From assembly GCF_009914755.1 (NCBI RefSeq), contig NC_060948.1: a stretch of 64,000 bases of DNA; one strand, written 5' to 3'. The stretch comes from the human T2T-CHM13v2.0 reference genome, Homo sapiens. Positions 1 through 10,881 of this stretch are shown here, piece by piece. Position 1 is the first letter of the stretch. Every line of letters begins with the position of its first letter. The notes beneath the pieces are model-generated. The model did not search any database, was not told the DNA's origin, and saw only the letters and a list, made by a program, of their open reading frames with translations. A program made the translations under genes and the position numbers.

Positions 1-685
1 TGAAATCGCATAGAATGGAGTGGAATCAAATGGAATTGAATCGAAAGGAAAGGAAGCGAATGGACTGAAATGAAATGGAATGGAATTGAATGGAAAGTAA
101 TGCAATGGAATAGAATGGAACGAAATTTCACGGAATGGAATCAAACTGAATGGAATCAAATCAATGGAATCTAATCAAATGGAATGGAAAGGAATTGAAT
201 GGAGTAGATTGGATTGGATGGGATTGGAATGAAATCTACTGGAAAGGACTCGAATTTCATGAAACGGAATGGAATGAATTGGAACGGAATGGACTCGAAT
301 GGAATGGAATGTCATGGAATGGCATCAAATGGAATGGCATCAAATGGAATGGAATCGAATGCAATGGAATGTTATGGAATGGAATGGAATGCATTGGAAT
401 GGAATGTCCTCTAATGGAATGGATTCGAGTGGAATGGAATCGAATATAATGGAGTCGAATGAAATGGAATTGAAAGGAATGGGATCGAATAGAATGGAAT
501 ATACTGGAATGTAATGTAATGAACTCGAATGTAATTGACTGGAATGGAATGTACATGAATGGAAGGTAATCGAATGGAAAGTAATCCAATGGAATAGAAT
601 CTAATGCAATAAAACCGACTCAGATAGAGTAGAATGTAATGGAATGGAGTGCAGTGCAATGGAATGGAATGGAATTGAATGCAAA

Positions 686-735
686 GGAATGGAATGGAAT
701 GGAATGGAATGGAATGGAATGGAATGGAATGGAAT
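686..735 (+). repeat. Pure (GGAAT)10 tract; variable-length microsatellite present in every unit
   Basis: Ten perfect pentamers here versus eleven at 7839-7893. The interval spanning this tract varies from 644 to 679 bp across units. Confidence 0.9.
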
Positions 736-1475
736 GGGATGGAATGGTATGGAATGGATAGAAATGGACTGGAGTGAAATGGACTGGAAAGGAATGGACT
801 CAAATTGAAAGGGCTCGAAAGGAATGGAGTCAAATGGAATGGTCTGGAATGGAATGAACACGAATGTAATGCAATCCAATAGAATGGAATCGAATGGCAT
901 GGAATATAAAGAAATGGATACGAAGAGAATGGAAACAAATGGAATGGAATTGAATGGAATGGAATTGAATGGAATGGGAACGAATGGAGTGAAATTGTAT
1001 GCAGTAGAAGGGAATAGAATGGAATGCAAGCGAAAGGAAAGGAATGGATTGGAATGGAATGGAATTCATTGGAATGGAAGGGAATGTAGTGTAATGGACA
1101 GGCCTGGAATAAAGTGGAATGCTACGGTCTCGAATGGAATAAAAATGTATGGAATGGAATGCAATGAAACGGAATCGAATGTCATAGAATGTAATGGAAT
1201 GCAACAAAATGGAATCCAAAATCATTGACTGGAAAGGCTGGGTGTCGAAAGGAATTGACTCCAATGGAATGGAATCGAATGGAATGGAAGTGAATAGAAT
1301 CGAACTAAATCGAATGGAATGGAATTGATAGGAACGGAATGGAAAGGAATGCAATGATTTGGCATGGAATGGAATCGAATGGCATCGAATGGAATGGAAT
1401 GGAATGCAATGGAATGGAATGTATTAGAATGTAATGAACTTTAATGGAATGTACTCGAATGGATTCGACTGGAAT

Positions 1476-1490
1476 GGAATGTTCTGGAAG
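1476..1490. promoter_or_regulatory. Perfect heat-shock element consensus (gGAAt gTTCt gGAAg), repeated in each unit
   Basis: Exact match to nGAAnnTTCnnGAAn. The motif is seen directly; binding is inferred. Confidence 0.55.
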
Positions 1491-1755
1491 TGAATGGACT
1501 CCAATGGAATGGATTCAAAAGGAATGGAATCGTACGGAATGGAATCTAATGGAATGGAATTAAATGGAAATGAATCAAATTGAATAGCACGGAATTGAAT
1601 TGAATGGAATGGAATGCAATGGAATCTAATGAAACGGAAAGGAAAGGAATGGAATGGAATGGAATGGGCTGGAATGGAAAGGAATCGAAACGAATGGAAT
1701 GGAATCGAACTGAAGAGACTGGAATGGAATGCACTGGAATGGAAGGGAGTGTAAT

Positions 1756-1770
1756 GGAAGGTTCTCGAAA
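1756..1770. promoter_or_regulatory. Perfect heat-shock element consensus (gGAAg gTTCt cGAAa), repeated in each unit except U17
   Basis: Exact match to nGAAnnTTCnnGAAn. Mutated to gTTTt at 58744-58748. Confidence 0.55.
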
Positions 1771-2781
1771 AAAATGGAATCGAATGGAATGGAATTGAAT
1801 GGAACGGAATAGAGTCGAATGGAATTGAATGGAATGGAATGGACTAGAGTGAAATGGAATCAAACCACAAGGAATGGAGAGGAATAGAATGGTCTCGAAT
1901 TGAATGGAATCATATGGAATGGCATCAAACGGAATGGAATGGACAGCCACGGAATGGAATGCACTCGAATGCAATGGAGTCGAAACTAATGGACTGGAAT
2001 AGAATGGACTCGACTGGTACGGACTCCAATGGAATGGAATCGAATGGAAGGGAATCGAACGGAATGGACTCGAAGGGAAAAGACTGCAATGGAAAGGTCT
2101 CGAATGGAATGGAAATTAATGGAATGGAATGGAATCGAATGAAATGGAGTCAAAAGGAATGGAATCGAATGGCAAGAAATCGAATGTAATGGAATCGCAA
2201 GGAATTGATGTGAACGGAACGGAATGGAATGGAATCCAAAGGAATGGAATAGAATGGAATGGAATCGAATGGAAAGGACTCGAATGGAAATCACTCGAAT
2301 AGAATGCAATTTAATAAAATAGGATCAAATATAATGGAATGGAATGGAAAGGAATCGAAACGAAAGGAATGGAGACAGATGGAATGGAATAGAACAGAGA
2401 GCAATGGTATAGAATGGAATGGAATCATCTGGAATGGAATTGAATGGAATGGAATAATATGAAATGGAATGGAATGGAATGGAATGGAATGCCCTTGAAT
2501 TAAATGGACTGGAATGGAATGGACTCGAACAGAGTGGAATGGAAAGTGTTGAGATAGAATGGAATGGACTCCTTTGGAATGGTGTAGTATGCAATGCAAT
2601 CGACTGGCAGGGAATCAAAAGGAATGTAATCGAATGGATTGGACTGGAATGCAATGGACTCGAATAGATTGCAAACAGAATGCAAAGGAATGGAATGGAA
2701 TAGTATGGAATGGAATGGAAAGGAATGGAGTGGAATAGACTAGAGTGGAATGGAATGGACTGGAAAGCAATGGACTGGAAT

Positions 2782-2796
2782 GGAACTTTCTTGAAT
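2782..2796. promoter_or_regulatory. Perfect heat-shock element consensus (gGAAc tTTCt tGAAt), repeated in each unit
   Basis: Exact match to nGAAnnTTCnnGAAn. The motif is seen directly; binding is inferred. Confidence 0.55.
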
Positions 2797-3723
2797 GGAC
2801 TGGAATCAAACGGAATGGAATGCAATGCAATCAAATGGCATGGAATAAAATAGAATGAAAGAGAATCAAATGGAATTGAATCGAATGGAATCGAATGGAT
2901 TGGAAAGGAATAGAATGGAATGGAATGGAATGGACTCAAATGGAATGGACTAGAATGGAATGGATTCGAATGGAAGGCAAAGGAATGGAATCTATTGGAA
3001 TGGACTGTAATGGAATGGAATGGAAGGGATTGGAATGGACTCGAATGGAATGGACTGCAATAGAAAGGATTTGAATGGAATGAAAAAGAATTGAATGGAA
3101 TAGAACAGAATGGAATCAAATCGAATGAAATGGAATGGAATAGAAAGGAATGGAATGAAATGGAATGGAAAGGATTCGAATGGAATGCAATCGAATGGAA
3201 TGGAATCGAACGGAATGGAATAAAATGGAAGAAAACTGGCAAGAAATGGAATCGAAATGAATGGAGTGTTATGGAACGGACTCAAAAGGAATTGAATGTA
3301 ATAGAATGGAGTGGAGTGGACTCGAATATAATGGACTGGAATGGAATGAAATCACATGGAATGGGAACGAATGGAATGGAATGGAAAGGAATGGAATCGA
3401 ATGGAAAGGAATCGAATGGAAGGGAATGAAATTGAATCAACAGGAATGGAAGGGAATAGAATAGACGGTAATGGAATGGACTCGAATAGAATGGACACGA
3501 ATGCTCAAATTGAATGGACTCGAATGGAATGGAAACGAAAGGAATGTCATCGAATGGAATTGAATCGATTGGAATGAAATGGCATAGAATGGAGTGGAAT
3601 CAAATGGAATTGAATCGAAAGGAAAGGAAGCGAATGGACTGAAATGAAATGGAATGGAATTGAATGGAAAGTAATGCAATGGAATAGAATGGAACGAAAT
3701 TTCACGGAATGGAATCAAACTGA

Positions 3724-6700
3724 ATGGAATCAAATCAATGGAATCAAATCAAATGGAATGGAAAGGAATTGAATGGAGTAGATTGGATTGGATGGGATTG
3801 GAATGAAATGTACTGGAAAGGACTCGAATTTCATGAAACGGAATGGAATGAATTGGAACGGAATGGACTCGAATGGAATGGAATGTCATGGAATGGCATC
3901 AAATGGAATGGCATCAAATGGAATGGAATCGAATGCAATGGAATGCTATGGAATGGAATGGAATGCATTGGAATGGAATGTCCTCTAATGGAATGGATTC
4001 GAGTGGAATGGAATCGAATATAATGGAGTCGAATGAAATGGAATTGAAAGGAATGGGATCGAATACAATGGAATATACTGGAATGTAATGTAATGAACTC
4101 GAATGTAATTGACTGGAATGGAATGTACATGAATGGAATGTAATCGAATGGAAAGTAATCCAATGGAATAGAATCTAATGCAATAAAATCGACTCAGATA
4201 GAGTAGAATGTAATGGAATGGAGTGCAGTGCAATGGAATGGAATGGAATGGAATGCAATGGAATGGAATGGAATGGAATGGAATGGAATGGAATGGAATG
4301 GAATGGGATGGAATGGTATGGAATGGTATGGAATGGATAGTAATGGACTGGAGTGAAATGGACTGGAAAGGAATGGACTCAAATTGAAAGGGCTCGAAAG
4401 GAATGGAGTCAAATGGAATGGTCTGGAATGGAATGAACACGAATGTAATGCAATCCAATAGAATGGAATCGAATGGCATGGAATATAAAGAAATGGATTC
4501 GAAGAGAATGGAAACAAATGGAATGGAATTGAATGGAATGGAATTGAATGGAATGGGAACGAATGGAGTGAAATTGTATGCAGTAGAAGGGAATAGAATG
4601 GAATGCAAGCGAAAGGAAAGGAATGGATTGGAATGGAATGGAATTCATTGGAATGGAAGGGAATGTAGTGTAATGGACAGGCCTGGAATAAAGTGGAATG
4701 CTACGGTCTCGAATGGAATAAAAATGTATGGAATGGAATACAAAGAAACGGAATCGAATGTCATAGAATGTAATGGAATGCAACAAAATGGAATCCAAAA
4801 TCATTGACTGGAAAGGCTGGGTGTCGAAAGGAATTGACTCCAATGGAATGGAATCGAATGGAATGGAAGTGAATAGAATCGAACTAAATCGAATGGAATG
4901 GAATTGATAGGAACGGAATGGAAAGGAATGCAATGATTTGGCATGGAATGGAATCGAATGGCATCGAATGGAATGGAATGGAATGCAATGGAATGGAATG
5001 TATTAGAATGTAATGAACTTTAATGGAATGTACTCGAATGGATTCGACTGGAATGGAATGTTCTGGAAGTGAATGGACTCCAATGGAATGGATTCCAAAG
5101 GAATGGAATCGTACGGAATGGAATCTAATGGAATGGAATTAAATGGAAATGAATCAAATTGAATAGCACGGAATTGAATTGAATGGAATGGAATGCAATG
5201 GAATCTAATGAAACGGAAAGGAAAGGAATGGAATGGAATGGAATGGGCTGGAATGGAAAGGAATCGAAACGAATGGAATGGAATCGAACTGAAGAGACTG
5301 GAATGGAATGCACTGGAATGGAAGGGAGTGTAATGGAAGGTTCTCGAAAAAAATGGAATCGAATGGAATGGAATTGAATGGAACGGAATAGAGTCGAATG
5401 GAATTGAATGGAATGGAATGGACTAGAGTGAAATGGAATCGAACCACAAGGAATGGAGAGGAATAGAATGGTCTCGAATTGAATGGAATCGTATGGAGTG
5501 GCATCAAACGGAATGGAATGGACAGCCACGGAATGGAATGCACTCGAATGCAATGGAGTCGAAACTAATGGACTGGAATAGAATGGACTCGACTGGTACG
5601 GACTCCAATGGAATGGAATCGAATGGAAGGGAATCGAACGGAATGGACTCGAAGGGAAAAGACTGCAATGGAAAGGTCTCGAATGGAATGGAAATTAATG
5701 GAATGGAATGGAATCGAATGAAATGGAGTCAAAAGGAATGGAATCGAATGGCAACAAATCGAATGTAATGGAATCGCAAGGAATTGATGTGAACGGAACG
5801 GAATGGAATGGAATCCAAAGGAATGGAATAGAATGGAATGGAATCGAATGGAAAGGACTCGAATGGAAATCACTCGAATAGAATGCAATTTAATAAAATA
5901 GGATCAAATGGAATGGAATGGAATGGAAAGGAATCGAAACGAAAGGAATGGAGACAGATGGAATGGAATGGAACAGAGAGCAATGCTATAGAATGGAATG
6001 GAATCATCTGGAATGGAATTGAATGGAATGGAATAATATGAAATGGAATGGAATGGAATGGAATGGAATGCCCTTGAATTAAATGGACTGGAATGGAATG
6101 GACTCCAACAGAGTGGAATGGAAAGTGTTGAGATAGAATGGAATGGACTCCTTTGGAATGGTCTAGTATGCAATGCAATCGACTGGCAGGGAATCAAAAG
6201 GAATGTAATCGAATGGATTGGACTGGAATGCAATGGACTCGAATAGATTGGAAACGGAATGCAAAGGAATGGAATGGAATAGTATGGAATGGAATGGAAA
6301 GGAATGGAGTGGAATAGACTAGAGTGGAATGGAATGGACTGGAAAGCAATGGACTGGAATGGAACTTTCTTGAATGGACTGGAATCAAACGGAATGGAAT
6401 GCAATGCAATCAAATGGCATGGAATAAAATAGAATGAAAGAGAATCAAATGGAATTGAATCGAATGGAATCGAATGGATTGGAAAGGAATAGAATGGAAT
6501 GGAATGGAATTGACTCAAATGGAATGGACTAGAATGGAATGGATTCGAATGGAAGGCAAAGGAATGGAATCTATTGGAATGGACTGTAATGGAATGGAAT
6601 GGAAGGGATTGGAATGGACTCGAATGGAATGGACTGCAATAGAAAGGATTCCAATGGAATGAAAAAGAATTGAATGGAATAGAACAGAATGGAATCAAAT

Positions 6701-7302
6701 CGAATGAAATGGAATGGAATAGAAAGGAATGGAATGAAATGGAATGGAAAGGATTCGAATGGAATGCAATCGAATGGAATGGAATCGAACGGAATGGAAT
6801 AAAATGGAAGAAAACTGGCAAGAAATGGAATCGAAATGAATGGAGTATTATGGAACGGACTCAAAAGGAATTGAATGTAATAGAATGGAGTGGAGTGGAC
6901 TCGAATATAATGGACTGGAATGGAATGAAATCACATGGAATGGGAACGAATGGAATGGAATGGAAAGGAATGGAATCGAATGGAAAGGAATCGAATGGAA
7001 GGGAATGAAATTGAATCAACAGGAATGGAAGGGAATAGAATAGACGGTAATGGAATGGACTCGAATAGAATGGACACGAATGCTCAAATTGAATGGACTC
7101 GAATGGAATGGAAACGAAAGGAATGTCATCGAATGGAATTGAATCGATTGGAATGAAATCGCATAGAATGGAGTGGAATCAAATGGAATTGAATCGAAAG
7201 GAAAGGAAGCGAATGGACTGAAATGAAATGGAATGGAATTGAATGGAAAGTAATGCAATGGAATAGAATGGAACGAAATTTCACGGAATGGAATCAAACT
7301 GA
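3724..7302 (+). repeat. DYZ1 unit U2 (3579 bp), mosaic
   Basis: Anchor spacing 3724->7303. Left part shares variants with U4/U7; right part shares variants with U5/U15. Confidence 0.93.
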
Positions 7303-10300
7303 ATGGAATCAAATCAATGGAATCTAATCAAATGGAATGGAAAGGAATTGAATGGAGTAGATTGGATTGGATGGGATTGGAATGAAATCTACTGGAAAGG
7401 ACTCGAATTTCATGAAACGGAATGGAATGAATTGGAACGGAATGGACTCGAATGGAATGGAATGTCATGGAATGGCATCAAATGGAATGGCATCAAATGG
7501 AATGGAATCGAATGCAATGGAATGTTATGGAATGGAATGGAATGCATTGGAATGGAATGTCCTCTAATGGAATGGATTCGAGTGGAATGGAATCGAATAT
7601 AATGGAGTCGAATGAAATGGAATTGAAAGGAATGGGATCGAATAGAATGGAATATACTGGAATGTAATGTAATGAACTCGAATGTAATTGACTGGAATGG
7701 AATGTACATGAATGGAAGGTAATCGAATGGAAAGTAATCCAATGGAATAGAATCTAATGCAATAAAACCGACTCAGATAGAGTAGAATGTAATGGAATGG
7801 AGTGCAGTGCAATGGAATGGAATGGAATTGAATGCAATGGAATGGAATGGAATGGAATGGAATGGAATGGAATGGAATGGAATGGAATGGAATGGGATGG
7901 AATGGTATGGAATGGATAGAAATGGACTGGAGTGAAATGGACTGGAAAGGAATGGACTCAAATTGAAAGGGCTCGAAAGGAATGGAGTCAAATGGAATGG
8001 TCTGGAATGGAATGAACACGAATGTAATGCAATCCAATAGAATGGAATCGAATGGCATGGAATATAAAGAAATGGATACGAAGAGAATGGAAACAAATGG
8101 AATGGAATTGAATGGAATGGAATTGAATGGAATGGGAACGAATGGAGTGAAATTGTATGCAGTAGAAGGGAATAGAATGGAATGCAAGCGAAAGGAAAGG
8201 AATGGATTGGAATGGAATGGAATTCATTGGAATGGAAGGGAATGTAGTGTAATGGACAGGCCTGGAATAAAGTGGAATGCTACGGTCTCGAATGGAATAA
8301 AAATGTATGGAATGGAATGCAATGAAACGGAATCGAATGTCATAGAATGTAATGGAATGCAACAAAATGGAATCCAAAATCATTGACTGGAAAGGCTGGG
8401 TGTCGAAAGGAATTGACTCCAATGGAATGGAATCGAATGGAATGGAAGTGAATAGAATCGAACTAAATCGAATGGAATGGAATTGATAGGAACGGAATGG
8501 AAAGGAATGCAATGATTTGGCATGGAATGGAATCGAATGGCATCGAATGGAATGGAATGGAATGCAATGGAATGGAATGTATTAGAATGTAATGAACTTT
8601 AATGGAATGTACTCGAATGGATTCGACTGGAATGGAATGTTCTGGAAGTGAATGGACTCCAATGGAATGGATTCAAAAGGAATGGAATCGTACGGAATGG
8701 AATCTAATGGAATGGAATTAAATGGAAATGAATCAAATTGAATAGCACGGAATTGAATTGAATGGAATGGAATGCAATGGAATCTAATGAAACGGAAAGG
8801 AAAGGAATGGAATGGAATGGAATGGGCTGGAATGGAAAGGAATCGAAACGAATGGAATGGAATCGAACTGAAGAGACTGGAATGGAATGCACTGGAATGG
8901 AAGGGAGTGTAATGGAAGGTTCTCGAAAAAAATGGAATCGAATGGAATGGAATTGAATGGAACGGAATAGAGTCGAATGGAATTGAATGGAATGGAATGG
9001 ACTAGAGTGAAATGGAATCGAACCACAAGGAATGGAGAGGAATAGAATGGTCTCGAATTGAATGGAATCATATGGAATGGCATCAAACGGAATGGAATGG
9101 ACAGCCACGGAATGGAATGCACTCGAATGCAATGGAGTCGAAACTAATGGACTGGAATAGAATGGACTCGACTGGTACGGACTCCAATGGAATGGAATCG
9201 AATGGAAGGGAATCGAACGGAATGGACACGAAGGGAAAAGACTGCAATGGAAAGGTCTCGAATGGAATGGAAATTAATGGAATGGAATGGAATCGAATGA
9301 AATGGAGTCAAAAGGAATGGAATCGAATGGCAAGAAATCGAATGTAATGGAATCGCAAGGAATTGATGTGAACGGAACGGAATGGAATGGAATCCAAAGG
9401 AATGGAATAGAATGGAATGGAATCGAATGGAAAGGACTCGAATGGAAATCACTCGAATAGAATGCAATTTAATAAAATAGGATCAAATATAATGGAATGG
9501 AATGGAAAGGAATCGAAACGAAAGGAATGGAGACAGATGGAATGGAATAGAACAGAGAGCAATGGTATAGAATGGAATGGAATCATCTGGAATGGAATTG
9601 AATGGAATGGAATAATATGAAATGGAATGGAATGGAATGGAATGGAATGCCCTTGAATTAAATGGACTGGAATGGAATGGACTCGAACAGAGTGGAATGG
9701 AAAGTGTTGAGATAGAATGGAATGGACTCCTTTGGAATGGTGTAGTATGCAATGCAATCGACTGGCAGGGAATCAAAAGGAATGTAATCGAATGGATTGG
9801 ACTGGAATGCAATGGACTCGAATAGATTGCAAACAGAATGCAAAGGAATGGAATGGAATAGTATGGAATGGAATGGAAAGGAATGGAGTGGAATAGACTA
9901 GAGTGGAATGGAATGGACTGGAAAGCAATGGACTGGAATGGAACTTTCTTGAATGGACTGGAATCAAACGGAATGGAATGCAATGCAATCAAATGGCATG
10001 GAATAAAATAGAATGAAAGAGAATCAAATGGAATTGAATCGAATGGAATCGAATGGATTGGAAAGGAATAGAATGGAATGGAATGGAATTGACTCAAATG
10101 GAATGGACTAGAATGGAATGGATTCGAATGGAAGGCAAAGGAATGGAATCTATTGGAATGGACTGTAATGGAATGGAATGGAAGGGATTGGAATGGACTC
10201 GAATGGAATGGACTGCAATAGAAAGGATTTGAATGGAATGAAAAAGAATTGAATGGAATAGAACAGAATGGAATCAAATCGAATGAAATGGAATGGAATA

Positions 10301-10881
10301 GAAAGGAATGGAATGAAATGGAATGGAAAGGATTCGAATGGAATGCAATCGAATGGAATGGAATCGAACGGAATGGAATAAAATGGAAGAAAACTGGCAA
10401 GAAATGGAATCGAAATGAATGGAGTGTTATGGAACGGACTCAAAAGGAATTGAATGTAATAGAATGGAGTGGAGTGGACTCGAATATAATGGACTGGAAT
10501 GGAATGAAATCACATGGAATGGGAACGAATGGAATGGAATGGAAAGGAATGGAATCGAATGGAAAGGAATCGAATGGAAGGGAATGAAATTGAATCAACA
10601 GGAATGGAAGGGAATAGAATAGACGGTAATGGAATGGACTCGAATAGAATGGACACGAATGCTCAAATTGAATGGACTCGAATGGAATGGAAACGAAAGG
10701 AATGTCATCGAATGGAATTGAATCGATTGGAATGAAATCGCATAGAATGGAGTGGAATCAAATGGAATTGAATCGAAAGGAAAGGAAGCGAATGGACTGA
10801 AATGAAATGGAATGGAATTGAATGGAAAGTAATGCAATGGAATAGAATGGAACGAAATTTCACGGAATGGAATCAAACTGA
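7303..10881 (+). repeat. DYZ1 unit U3 (3579 bp)
   Basis: Anchor spacing 7303->10882. Near-identical to U6. Confidence 0.93.

Larger units (their letters stand above)
150..3723 (+). repeat. DYZ1 unit U1 (3574 bp)
   Basis: Anchor spacing 150->3724. EcoRI GAATTC at 1062-1067, HaeIII GGCC at 1101-1104. Confidence 0.93.

Noticed and set aside
167-177. DUX4-like motif GAATCTAATCA in U1-type units
   Set aside because: It mismatches the leading T of TAAYYBAATCA, is present in only a minority of units, and is easily reached by chance from the pentamer.
121-265. Additional HSE-like strings (cgaaatttcacgg; cgaatttcatgaaac)
   Set aside because: Only two correctly spaced half-sites each, so they were not counted as perfect triads.
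1230-1250. Non-pentamer-looking islands (ggaaaggctgggtgtcg, gactcagatagag, gacagccacgg) as foreign inserts or G-quadruplexes
   Set aside because: They preserve the pentamer register, so they read as heavily mutated pentamers, and they lack four G3 runs.
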